Shown here piece after piece: positions 8,888 through 18,342 of a stretch of 64,000 nucleotides of DNA. The DNA is taken from the IMG/VR virus record IMGVR_UViG_3300017593_000095; one strand, given 5' to 3'. This stretch comes from an uncultured virus (IMG/VR IMGVR_UViG_3300017593_000095) (Duplodnaviria; Heunggongvirae; Uroviricota; Caudoviricetes). Positions within the stretch are counted from its first letter, which is position 1. Every line of letters begins with the position of its first letter. A program made the position numbers and the translations under genes. Below the pieces are notes generated by a model, which was given only the letters and a program-made list of their open reading frames with translations, was not told the origin of the DNA and did not search any database.

Positions 8888-9661
8888 GTGATGTGGTTAA
8901 TGTTGGACACACCTATACCTCACCTAGAGCTACTTACGCAGTTTGGGATTTCCCACCATTTAGTACTCTTCGACGTAATTACGCAAAGTAAGAAGTGTAA
9001 ACGTTTTTATAAGAAAGTAGCTAAGAAAGGACACTGGCTTACACTAGCTGGTGTGAGTGACTTCGATGATGTTTTACCTACCCTAAGGGAGTTAAAAGTT
9101 TCCGAGGTAGTTCTACCCTACGTTCCTAATGATAGGGAAGGGACTTTAAACGTCGTTTCTCAGTTTGTGAAAGAGGTTAGAAGTAACTCTCTGTTTGGGA
9201 ATTTATCCCTTATGGGTGTACCTCAGGGAAAGAATGCTACTGATTTTTTCCAGTGTTTAGTTTCTATGGCAGAGAATCCTTATATTAGTGTACTCGGTCT
9301 TAGTAAGACATCGGTAGTAACGGGTGTACTACCCACTTATTCAGCGAGTTTGCGAGAGTTATTCGGGCGTTTTGCTGTTCTTGCGTTCCTTTGTGAGGAG
9401 TTTACCAACAGTAAGCCGGTACACATATTGGAGCTAGTTACTCCTGATGTAGAGATACCGTTTTATTTACGGCTCCCTTTTGTAAGAAGTTTTGACACTT
9501 CTTTCCCTTTTCGTCACTTCTCACCACCTGAACCTCAACAAGTGACTTCTAACGGTATTGTAGAGTGGTTAGATTACACTATCGAGCTAGAGAGTAAAGC
9601 ACTTCGTCAGTGTTTAGTTTGGGTTGAGAAGTACCTTTCACTTGAAGGGATTGAGGCGTAG
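8888..9661 (+). CDS. Second, degenerate TGT/DpdA-like paralog
   Basis: EVVLP, GVPQG, VHIL and VRSFDTS are colinear with 1822-2520; LDNG and PD are lost. Confidence 0.65.
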   Translation: MMWLMLDTPIPHLELLTQFGISHHLVLFDVITQSKKCKRFYKKVAKKGHWLTLAGVSDFDDVLPTLRELKVSEVVLPYVPNDREGTLNVVSQFVKEVRSNSLFGNLSLMGVPQGKNATDFFQCLVSMAENPYISVLGLSKTSVVTGVLPTYSASLRELFGRFAVLAFLCEEFTNSKPVHILELVTPDVEIPFYLRLPFVRSFDTSFPFRHFSPPEPQQVTSNGIVEWLDYTIELESKALRQCLVWVEKYLSLEGIEA

Positions 9662-9670
9662 GAGGGCCTC

Positions 9671-9886
9671 GTGAAGATAGTTGATGCTACGTGGACACCT
9701 TCCGCGAACTTGTTGTTGATTCGCTGCGGTTGCGGCAACGAATTTTGGCATCGGGCAGATCGCTGGCGTGTTAAGTGTCCCGCTTGTGGTTTTGTCTATC
9801 ATTTAGCACCATTACGTTTAAGATGGAGAAGAGAGCATACTTTGCTCTCGAAGGAGGTTTCAGATGCGTATCGTTCATATGGCTGA
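9671..9886 (+). CDS. Small Zn-ribbon protein
   Basis: CGCG...CPAC. Confidence 0.6.
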   Translation: MKIVDATWTPSANLLLIRCGCGNEFWHRADRWRVKCPACGFVYHLAPLRLRWRREHTLLSKEVSDAYRSYG

Positions 9887-10841
9887 TGCACACTTGGGGT
9901 TTAGTTCTTACGGTAAGTTTGATGGAAACAAGAACATACGTGAGTACGACTTTTATCGAGCGTTTGTTACTGCTTGTGAGAAAGCCAGAGAGTTAAACCC
10001 TGATGTTGTAGTAATTGCTGGTGATTTGTTTCACGTGAGAAGACCACCCGCGCAGGCTATAGCGGTAGCACAATCCGCTCTAGCTCTATTTGAGTGCCCT
10101 ATAATTGTAGTAGCAGGAAATCACGACAACTCTATTCATCGAGTCAGTTCACCCCTTGTTACGTTATCACTGTTACGAAACGTCGTGTTGTTTGAACAAC
10201 CTTCACTTTATGAGGTTCGGGGATCTTACTTTTACTGTGTTCCATATACGGAGTCTCCACCCAACTTCCTCGAGGCGGATTATCTTGTTGGGCATCTTCG
10301 AGACCGGCGTGTTCCTAAGTTCAAAGACTCTGCTATCGAGGTCCCTGATAAATACAAAATCGCTATGTTAGGTGATCTTCACATGCCATTTGAAGTGTCC
10401 CAGAACACGTTTTATGCAGGAGCTTTGGAAAGGGTATCTTTTAATCAATTAGGAGTTCCCTGCGGGTTTACTTTTTATAGTGACGGAACTGCAAGGTCAC
10501 GCACGTTTGTTGAGATTGAAACTCGTCCTTTCGTTGAACTAACGAAGCCCCCAGAAGATCTCGAGATGGTAAGAAATGCAGTTGTTAGATGCGTGATTCC
10601 TTCCTCTGCTTCTCTGGATTGGGTCAATCAGGTTAGAAAGGTCGCACTGCATGTTACAGTGCGAATCACTGATGAAGTTGATGTGAAGGATGACTTGGAA
10701 CGTGATCTACCCATAGTAGGCTCTATTTTGGATTCGTTCCGTGAGTTTTGTCAGGCAAATAAAACTAAGTATTCACCAGCTGCTATTAAGTTAGCAATAG
10801 AGACTTTAGAGGAAAAATCATTAGGAGGGAAGTCGTCTTGA
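9864..10841 (+). CDS. sbcD: Mre11/SbcD-like metallophosphoesterase nuclease
   Basis: DAHLG, GDLFH, GNHD, GDLH, YAG. Confidence 0.9.
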   Translation: MRIVHMADAHLGFSSYGKFDGNKNIREYDFYRAFVTACEKARELNPDVVVIAGDLFHVRRPPAQAIAVAQSALALFECPIIVVAGNHDNSIHRVSSPLVTLSLLRNVVLFEQPSLYEVRGSYFYCVPYTESPPNFLEADYLVGHLRDRRVPKFKDSAIEVPDKYKIAMLGDLHMPFEVSQNTFYAGALERVSFNQLGVPCGFTFYSDGTARSRTFVEIETRPFVELTKPPEDLEMVRNAVVRCVIPSSASLDWVNQVRKVALHVTVRITDEVDVKDDLERDLPIVGSILDSFREFCQANKTKYSPAAIKLAIETLEEKSLGGKSS

Positions 10842-12238
10842 AGATATCAAATGTACGATTAGTGAATTTTAACTGTTATGAGGACTCTGAATTTACGTTC
10901 ACTTCTGGCTTAAACGTTGTGGTGCTTCCTAATGGCGGTGGTAAGTCTTCATTGATTGAAGGGATTAGTTTTGCTATCTACGGGTCCAGAGTCCTTGACG
11001 AAAGTACAGAGTCTTATATTAGAGAGGGCTCAGTTGGAGCTTCTCTTGTTAAGTTAGAAGGAGAATTTCGAGGTGTTCCTTTCTCCTTGACACGTCACTT
11101 GAAACCTTCCCGTGTCAATTTTAAGTACGGCGATGTTCAGATCAAGAAGTTAAACGAGCTTTCTGGTTTTTGGAGGGATAAGCTTGTTCCCGCGGCGCTT
11201 TTTAAGGCGACGATTTGTTGCAATCAGCGTGAGGCAGCACTACTTGCTCAAGCTAAACCTCCATTGCGAAGGAAGATGATTTCCGAGCTACTTCGCCTCG
11301 ATGTAGTAACGGAGGCGATTAATTCGTTAACTTCTCCCGGAGTTCGTAGCGTATCTACTGTTTCTGAGGAACAGATTACTTCTCTTCAGAAGGAGTTAGA
11401 TGAACTAGCGGCTGTTGACGTTTCCCGCGAGAATTTTCATCGCGAACAATTGTACCTCTTAGAGCAAGAAGCTCGGGAGAAGCCGGATGTTGTAAGTGAA
11501 CGGCAGAAGCTCACTCAGAGAATGACTACTTTGTCTTATTTGGTCGAGTTACTTACTAAAGTTAGTAACGTGCAGAGTACTAGTTGCCCCGTGTGTGGCT
11601 CTACTCAATTTGATCGTAGCGTGGTTCAGGGTAGACTTACTCAGGTCCAGGAGGAATTAGCCAACGTTCGTAGTCAACTCGCACAGTTACCTATGGCAGT
11701 AACGTTAACAGAGGAACAGCGTCGCCGAATTGATCGAAGCCTTACTGTAGAAGATCACAAGACTATGTTAGCTTTAATCGAGCGGAAGAAGGCTTGCGAG
11801 ACTTCTCTTGCTAGTCTACTCGAACTCCGTGAACAGTTGTTAAGAAGTCAAACAGTGTTGCAAGCTCGCGCTGCTCTTCGAGACTTTTTGGACAGTGTGT
11901 CTGTTCCTTTATTAAACTCGGTTTCTACACTAGCGTCGAAGTTACTGACTGGCTCACCATTTAGAGAAGTTACTCTTACACCATCTTTCGATTTAGTGGT
12001 AGATGGACGCCCTTTTGGCAAGTTATCGGTGGGTCAACGTGATTTTGTTGCTACTGTATTCCGTGTTGCTGTTTCCTATATCACTTCCGCGCTTCATGGC
12101 GTAGAACAGTTCCCTTTACTCCTCGACTCCATTGGGGATTCTTTGGATGAGACCTTCTTTAGTCTGTTGATGTCTTTGTTGTCTTCTGAAGTGGTTAAAC
12201 TGTTCCCTCAGGTAATTCTAACAACACATCATGCGTGA
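10838..12238 (+). CDS. sbcC: Rad50/SbcC-like ATPase
   Basis: PNGGGKSS Walker A, coiled coil with CPVC zinc hook, LSVGQ signature, LLLDS Walker B variant, ILTTH. Confidence 0.88.
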   Translation: MKISNVRLVNFNCYEDSEFTFTSGLNVVVLPNGGGKSSLIEGISFAIYGSRVLDESTESYIREGSVGASLVKLEGEFRGVPFSLTRHLKPSRVNFKYGDVQIKKLNELSGFWRDKLVPAALFKATICCNQREAALLAQAKPPLRRKMISELLRLDVVTEAINSLTSPGVRSVSTVSEEQITSLQKELDELAAVDVSRENFHREQLYLLEQEAREKPDVVSERQKLTQRMTTLSYLVELLTKVSNVQSTSCPVCGSTQFDRSVVQGRLTQVQEELANVRSQLAQLPMAVTLTEEQRRRIDRSLTVEDHKTMLALIERKKACETSLASLLELREQLLRSQTVLQARAALRDFLDSVSVPLLNSVSTLASKLLTGSPFREVTLTPSFDLVVDGRPFGKLSVGQRDFVATVFRVAVSYITSALHGVEQFPLLLDSIGDSLDETFFSLLMSLLSSEVVKLFPQVILTTHHA

Positions 12239-13230
12239 TGTTACAGCGAGGTGAATTTTATTTGCTAAATTACGGAGCTAGGAGAGCTTATCAGATTGAG
12301 AACCCCTCTATGTGTAGGGGGTTTTTCAGTTTTGTCGACTCGCGCTGTCTTAGTTGTCCTTTCCACGTTGAGTGCGAGTCAATCGCACTGACGGAATTTG
12401 GTTACGCTGGGCGTCCTGAAACTCTTTTAAAGGAGTACTTTTATGCTATGCCCTTCTTTTATAAGGTTTTGTTACCTGAGAAAGTCTCGTACTTTTACCC
12501 TTATCTAGTTCCGAAACATCTTCCTTTTAAAATGCAACGTATAATAAGGCGACAGTTACGCGTTGTTTATAAGATGTACTTGTATCAAGATGTCCTGCGT
12601 TATTGGCGCGTCTTTGCTCTTAAAGAGGAAAATATGATTAACTATTATTCTAAGTTACCCCAAGTCGTTCCTTACTTTGAATGGTTTTCGGACGATCAGG
12701 TTAAACGTATTTCGCTCACGTTGCGCTCTCTGATCTCTCGAACGGGTAAGAATACCCCTTTCTGTGTCATTACTATTGAATCGTCTGGCTGGTTGTGTTA
12801 CAACATTAAGGCTTTGATGGCGTTTAAGTATGCGCCAGATGCTTTTTATTGGATCGACCTTGCGGACCCCGAGAGCGAAGAGATCCGACAAGCTATGTCT
12901 TCTGTAGTTTCGGATGACTTAAGTAGGAACCAGATCGAGTTCCCTTTATTGAAGATCTCGTGCGCTGTTGTTTGGTTAGTTTCACGACATTCATTTCTTC
13001 GTGTGCTGGCTTGGATTAAGCGGAATGAGAACTTTGTGAAGTACGTAGTTGTTTTGTTCAACGATTTTCGTTATTTTAAACTATTACAGTGTGTTATGTT
13101 CCCATTGATGTTTTCAGCTAGTACTAGTCAGAGTCACTATTCTTACATGGCCCTTTTCAAGGTGGTTAGGAAAGGAAAGTCGTTAGAGATACGAGGAGAT
13201 GCACTAAAGGAGGTTTTTAATGAAAGTTAG
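12235..13230 (+). CDS. Hypothetical protein
   Basis: 331-aa ORF overlapping both neighbours; Cys cluster near the N-terminus. Confidence 0.6.
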   Translation: MMLQRGEFYLLNYGARRAYQIENPSMCRGFFSFVDSRCLSCPFHVECESIALTEFGYAGRPETLLKEYFYAMPFFYKVLLPEKVSYFYPYLVPKHLPFKMQRIIRRQLRVVYKMYLYQDVLRYWRVFALKEENMINYYSKLPQVVPYFEWFSDDQVKRISLTLRSLISRTGKNTPFCVITIESSGWLCYNIKALMAFKYAPDAFYWIDLADPESEEIRQAMSSVVSDDLSRNQIEFPLLKISCAVVWLVSRHSFLRVLAWIKRNENFVKYVVVLFNDFRYFKLLQCVMFPLMFSASTSQSHYSYMALFKVVRKGKSLEIRGDALKEVFNES

Positions 13231-14560
13231 AGTTAAGGGCCCGCTTGCTGAGGTAATAGAAGCTTCTGAAGTTGAGAAGGACTTAGTTAAGAGCGCACTT
13301 TCATTTCCTGTTTCTTCAATGAGGATTAAGTATGAACCTCATAAGGGACGGCACGTTTCGTGGTCCTCCGATAAGAAGGAGTATTTCTTTGAGAATCGTT
13401 ATTTCCCGTCTCCCTTTCTGAGTTTGTTCCCTTCTTCCATCAAGTTGGAAGTTGAAGATGATACTACTGAATGTACTCCTCTCTCTTTAGATGACCTTCC
13501 TTACGAGCTTAAACCATTTCAGCGAACTGCGCTAGATAACATTCTTTCCAAGCGATCAGCTCTTGTAGTGGGCCCTACATCGATTGGTAAGACTTACTTG
13601 ATCGGAGCCCTTGTTTATGCTTTCCGCAATTCTAAAGTCTTGATCCTTGTCCATAACAAGGGCCTCGCTAAACAGAATTATGAACGACTACGGGACTGGA
13701 TGCCTCAACTAGAGTTCGGGCGCGTTTTTGGAGGACGAAAAGAGTTCGATAGTCAGATAGTAGTTGCTACATTTCAGAGCTTACGTTCTCTTCCTTTTAA
13801 GGCTGATGTGGTACTAGTAGATGAGTGTGTCCATGCGCTAGCACCTAGTTATATTCAGACTCTGATGCATACAGAAGCGCCTCGTTGGTATGGATTTACA
13901 GCGACTCCTTCTGGTCGGAGCGATCGACTTGATGAGAAATTGAGAGTTCTCTTTGGGGACCGGGTTGATGTGGCAGATCTTTCTGTGGGTTTGAAGGAGA
14001 AGTTGTTGTGCCCTGTTGATTTTTACGTTCTAAAGTATTCAAACAAGCGTTATCCCGTACCTGGTTGGCGCTTACAAGACAGTAATTGGATCTATCAGCA
14101 GTTCGTAGCTTTAGATCAGGATCGTAACGCTTTGATTAAATTACTGTGTGATTTAGAGCTCCAACGTACACAGAAAGTAGTTTTGGTCTTAGTTCATCGA
14201 ATGAACCATTTAGAGCAGTTAAAGAGTTTGATACCTGGGAGTTTGACTGTGAGTTATAAGTCCAGGTTGGAAGAAAGGGAGGCAGCTAGGAAGTTAGAAA
14301 GAGGTGTTTTGGTTGCCACTCGTGTTATTGAGGAAGGCGTTGATAATCACTCGATTTATTCGATAATAAATGCGGCATGTGTGAGATCTCAGATTGCTAT
14401 AATTCAACGAATTGGACGTGGTCTTCGATTTGAAGAGGGTAAACGACTAGCTTTTTTTGATATATGGGACCAGTTCCCTCCTGTTCTCCGATCACAAGGT
14501 AATTTCAGAATTGCTTTGTATAAAAGGTTTGGAGATGTTCACGTACTTGACCCAGCTTGA
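13220..14560 (+). CDS. Superfamily 2 DNA helicase (UvsW/Rad25-like)
   Basis: GPTSIGKT, VDEC, FTAT, EEGVD, QRIGRGLR. Confidence 0.9.
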   Translation: MKVRVKGPLAEVIEASEVEKDLVKSALSFPVSSMRIKYEPHKGRHVSWSSDKKEYFFENRYFPSPFLSLFPSSIKLEVEDDTTECTPLSLDDLPYELKPFQRTALDNILSKRSALVVGPTSIGKTYLIGALVYAFRNSKVLILVHNKGLAKQNYERLRDWMPQLEFGRVFGGRKEFDSQIVVATFQSLRSLPFKADVVLVDECVHALAPSYIQTLMHTEAPRWYGFTATPSGRSDRLDEKLRVLFGDRVDVADLSVGLKEKLLCPVDFYVLKYSNKRYPVPGWRLQDSNWIYQQFVALDQDRNALIKLLCDLELQRTQKVVLVLVHRMNHLEQLKSLIPGSLTVSYKSRLEEREAARKLERGVLVATRVIEEGVDNHSIYSIINAACVRSQIAIIQRIGRGLRFEEGKRLAFFDIWDQFPPVLRSQGNFRIALYKRFGDVHVLDPA

Positions 14561-14831
14561 GCTCCAGGACCTAGCTGCAGACCTAGTTTTTGTATTGAGA
14601 AGAGTTTATCCCCGCTTTGGTATAGAGTTATTTGACAACCTTAAGTCTGTTAAGCAGTTAATGCGGTTGAATAATTATTTGAAAGAGTATGGTATACGAC
14701 AGTTGGCCCCTCGTTATTTCGAGGAGATAATTCGAGAGACTTCCTTCAGTGACTGGAGGTTGATTTTGCAGTACGCTTCTCGTAAAAGTTCCGTTGTTGG
14801 GTTCTTCCGACGTGTTATGGAGGTAGTATGA
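14535..14831 (+). CDS. Hypothetical protein
   Basis: ORF between the two helicases with overlapping ends. Confidence 0.55.
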   Translation: MFTYLTQLELQDLAADLVFVLRRVYPRFGIELFDNLKSVKQLMRLNNYLKEYGIRQLAPRYFEEIIRETSFSDWRLILQYASRKSSVVGFFRRVMEVV

Positions 14832-16210
14832 AGGAAGTTTGGGTCCTTGTTTATTTCGTTACGGTACGAGATGTTGAGCTGCTCCTGATGGTTGAGGAAC
14901 AAGATTTTGTTCAGCCGGTTTACCAATTCCTTTTCCGAGCGATCCGAGATTTGATTCTTCAGTATAAGACCCTACCACACCCTGAAGTGGTCTTGAACGC
15001 CTTTAAGGAGATATCTCAGCAGAAGTTAACCCCAGAAGAGTTGCAGCTGGCTTCTGAGTTTTTTACTGAGTGGTCTGAGTGTACTTGGCAAGAAGGAGAT
15101 AGGAAGTACATTGCTGAAGAAATTCTTAAGTGGGTTAAATTCAGACGTGCTCAAAGGTATCTGCAAAAAGCTTCCCAGTTACTCACAAAGGGTAAAGTTG
15201 ATCAACTTCCCTCTCTATTTAAGAATCTGGCAATCTTAGAGAAGTCTACTGGCGTGCTTGATTTGAGTGACGACATTTCAAAGAGGATCGAGCACTGGCA
15301 ATCACTTCGTCAACGTTTGGGAGTTCCTACTCCTTTTGAACTTGGGACTTTTCGGTTTGTCTTGCCTGGAGAGGTTGCTCTTATCATTGCGCCACCTAAA
15401 GTGGGAAAGTCTTATTTATTGAACTGGATCGGAGCGCATGCACTTGTGGTAGGGAAGGTTAAGGTTATTCATTTTACTTTAGAAATGCCCGCTATTGAGG
15501 TCGCTATGCGGTACGACCTTACCTTAGTGAATCAGTTTGGGCAGTCCCCGCTCCGGATTTCCGAGGAGAATTACGCGAAGAATGCTACTTTAATAGAACG
15601 CTATCTAAAGTATTTTTTACGACCTCCAGCAGCTCTTAAGTTAGTAGATATTCCTTCTAAGAGAGCCTCGTTCTCAGCGATTGAGGCGAAGTATGATCAG
15701 TTGTGTGATGTAATTGGTGACTCTTTTGATTTAGTTCTGATTGATTATGCGAATTTGATTAAATCTGAGAACATCTCAGATCGTTCAAGGTTGTATGCAG
15801 TAGGGACGGATGTATTTGAATGGTTACACGATTTTGCTAAAGAGAAAAATGTTGCTTTGTGGACAATTGCGCGAACTACTAGAGAAGCTATGAAGATGCA
15901 GGAAGCAAATCGGTTAAAGAGCGGACTTAAAGAGAGAATTAAGGGTTCACAGATTGGACATAGTTATGCGATTATTTATGATTGTGATCACGTTATTACT
16001 ATGTCTGACCTAACTCAGTTTACCGAGTCGGCAGTTCTTGCCAGTCGGATTTTTGATATCTCTCTTGACTATTCAAGAAGGTGCTCATCCTATTACGGAT
16101 GCCAGGTCGAGCTTCATTATCCTACGGCTACTTTTTACTGTCCCCCTATTACTAAAATTGATAAGGCTAAGATACCCCGGTCCTTTCCGGAGAGTAGAAA
16201 TGACTACTGA
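14828..16210 (+). CDS. dnaB: DnaB-like replicative helicase
   Basis: APPKVGKS Walker A, FTLEM, LIDYA; directly upstream of primase. Confidence 0.85.
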   Translation: MKEVWVLVYFVTVRDVELLLMVEEQDFVQPVYQFLFRAIRDLILQYKTLPHPEVVLNAFKEISQQKLTPEELQLASEFFTEWSECTWQEGDRKYIAEEILKWVKFRRAQRYLQKASQLLTKGKVDQLPSLFKNLAILEKSTGVLDLSDDISKRIEHWQSLRQRLGVPTPFELGTFRFVLPGEVALIIAPPKVGKSYLLNWIGAHALVVGKVKVIHFTLEMPAIEVAMRYDLTLVNQFGQSPLRISEENYAKNATLIERYLKYFLRPPAALKLVDIPSKRASFSAIEAKYDQLCDVIGDSFDLVLIDYANLIKSENISDRSRLYAVGTDVFEWLHDFAKEKNVALWTIARTTREAMKMQEANRLKSGLKERIKGSQIGHSYAIIYDCDHVITMSDLTQFTESAVLASRIFDISLDYSRRCSSYYGCQVELHYPTATFYCPPITKIDKAKIPRSFPESRNDY

Positions 16211-17021
16211 ATGGGAACGATACTATTGCCCTTTTTGCCATTATAGAGGAAAGTCTCCTGATGTAAAAGGGAAGTTGTATGTAAATTGGGCAGCTAAACG
16301 CTATCTTTGTTTTCGATGTGGTAGTAAAGGTCGTTCATCTGAGTTGGACCGAAAGTCTTTAGTTCCTTACCGAGGATTTCTGAGTTCGGGACACACTGAC
16401 TCTTCTTCAACTTGGGATCCTCGTAGGTTTGTTGAGTATAGTTTGACAGAGGTTCGAGATCAATTCCCCGAAGTTTATCGTCTTCTTGAGAGGAAACACG
16501 CACTCGATCGTTTTCAGAAGGTGAACTTAGTTTTCTTTACTCAGGGTTATGGTTTAGTGATTCCTATAGATCAGGATAATTTTCAGATTCGCCTGTTTTC
16601 TAGTGCACCTGACGCACCGAAGTATTTGACTAAGAAGGGATTCCGTAAGAACGGGGTTTTGCTAGGTGCTGATAAGCTAGTTGGAGACTTTGCGATTTTT
16701 GTTGAAGGTATTTTTGATTATTATCGTTTGGAAGGTTTGGCCGTTTGTGTTTTTGGACACTTTATTTCTTCGTCTGTAACTAACCAACTCTTAGCAAAGG
16801 GGGTTAGGAAGTTCCTTGTATTTTGGGATGATGATTCGTGGGAAGAATCAGTGAGAGCAGCTGTAGAACTCTATCAGACCTACTTAGTGAAGACTTACGC
16901 CGTTTTCTGTTTAGACGGATCTCCTTCAGATACTTCTCAACTGTGGGACTCCCCGTGTTTGGAGGTGACCTCGGGTTCTTTTATGAGTTTAAGAGAATTT
17001 GTGTATAAGGAGGTAGCATGA
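16200..17021 (+). CDS. DNA primase (Zn finger + Toprim)
   Basis: CPFC...CFRC, PKYL, VEGIFD, WDDD. Confidence 0.88.
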   Translation: MTTEWERYYCPFCHYRGKSPDVKGKLYVNWAAKRYLCFRCGSKGRSSELDRKSLVPYRGFLSSGHTDSSSTWDPRRFVEYSLTEVRDQFPEVYRLLERKHALDRFQKVNLVFFTQGYGLVIPIDQDNFQIRLFSSAPDAPKYLTKKGFRKNGVLLGADKLVGDFAIFVEGIFDYYRLEGLAVCVFGHFISSSVTNQLLAKGVRKFLVFWDDDSWEESVRAAVELYQTYLVKTYAVFCLDGSPSDTSQLWDSPCLEVTSGSFMSLREFVYKEVA

Positions 17022-17842
17022 GCGTTCCTGATGTACAATCACGAAGTGAAGGATTTCCTAAAGTTTACTTACCTTGGGTAGGAGTCGAGGGTATCCGGTA
17101 CCCTGTTTACGTTTACTACCCTCTTACTGAAATATTTATGCAAACACTTGGAAGTTTTAATGTGTATTGTTCTTTAAACCCGGAAGTGAAAGGCGTTCAT
17201 ATGTCGCGTTTTTACGAGGTAATTCAGGACGTCTTTTCTGAGAAGAAGTTGTTAACCCAAAACGTTTCCGACACGTTAGGTGCAGTTACAGGTCGATTAG
17301 AGAACGAGAATGCACGAGTAGAGGTATCTTTTACTTATTTAGTTTCTACTACTGCTCCTGTGAGTGAGATCGATCAGTTTCTACCCGTTGAAGTTAAAGT
17401 TACAGGTATTAGGATGAAAGGGTACCCTGATTATATACTGATAAGTGTTGACGTTCCTTACACGTCATTATGTCCTTGTAGTAAGGAAATTTCTCAGTTT
17501 GGAGCGCATAATCAGCGATCAGTTGCCTCTGTCACAGTTACCACTCCCCCCAACAACGAGGTCCTGTTTGAAGATTTAGTGGGTGTGGTCGAAAATGGCG
17601 CTAGCGCGCCAATCAGGGAATGCTTGAAGCGGGTTGATGAGAAATACGTAACAGAGCGTGCTTATTTGAACCCTGTTTTTGTAGAGGATATGGTTCGGTT
17701 GATTGGTCTTGAACTCGAAAAGCGTGCGCTCCCTTACCTGATTAAAGTTACTCATTTCGAGAGTATTCATGCACACAACGCTGTCGCGTTTGCTTGGTCA
17801 TCGGATTTTAATTTTGCGCTGTTTAACTATTTAGGTAACTGA
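17018..17842 (+). CDS. folE2: GTP cyclohydrolase IB
   Basis: PDVQ, KGVHMSRF, LCPCSKEIS, AHNQRS, FVEDMVR, ESIHAHNA. Confidence 0.96.
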   Translation: MSVPDVQSRSEGFPKVYLPWVGVEGIRYPVYVYYPLTEIFMQTLGSFNVYCSLNPEVKGVHMSRFYEVIQDVFSEKKLLTQNVSDTLGAVTGRLENENARVEVSFTYLVSTTAPVSEIDQFLPVEVKVTGIRMKGYPDYILISVDVPYTSLCPCSKEISQFGAHNQRSVASVTVTTPPNNEVLFEDLVGVVENGASAPIRECLKRVDEKYVTERAYLNPVFVEDMVRLIGLELEKRALPYLIKVTHFESIHAHNAVAFAWSSDFNFALFNYLGN

Positions 17843-17856
17843 AAGGAGGTTAGGTA

Positions 17857-18315
17857 ATGTTGTTTCCAGAGGATATTTTGATTGAGGCCCTTGATAAGAT
17901 TTACGTCCCTCGTAGAGGTGAGCAGTTCTCCGCCGGCTACGATTTGGTTACTCACACGGTATCCCCTTCGCTTGGTGATTCCCCCGGAGATTACTTAATC
18001 CCTAGTCAAGCAACAGTTAAGTTGCACTGCGGCTTTCGCATGGCTTTACCAAGAAACTACTTTGCCTTAATTGTACCAAGGTCTTCCTGGCGACGACAGG
18101 GTTTACTGTGTTTATCTGTTTACGATCCTGGTTACCTCGACTTTGTTGAGCCTTTTGTGACTAACCTTTCTGACAGTGCTTTAGTAGTACACACTGGTGA
18201 GCGAGTCCTCCAAATGCTGATCCTACCACTAGAGCGTTTGGAGTTAGTGACAGTCGATGCGTTGCCCGCTTCTTTACACAATCGGGGCGGTGGCGCTGGT
18301 TCTACTGGCAAATAA
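17857..18315 (+). CDS. dut: Trimeric dUTPase
   Basis: SAGYDL, PRSS, DPGY, GERVLQ, RGGGAGSTG. Confidence 0.92.
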   Translation: MLFPEDILIEALDKIYVPRRGEQFSAGYDLVTHTVSPSLGDSPGDYLIPSQATVKLHCGFRMALPRNYFALIVPRSSWRRQGLLCLSVYDPGYLDFVEPFVTNLSDSALVVHTGERVLQMLILPLERLELVTVDALPASLHNRGGGAGSTGK

Positions 18316-18342
18316 TTAACCGTAACTGAGGAGGTTATTGAG

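Noticed and set aside
10838..12238. SbcC as another pseudoenzyme (Walker B DE->DS)
   Set aside because: Walker A, signature, zinc hook and His switch are intact; a single substitution is insufficient evidence
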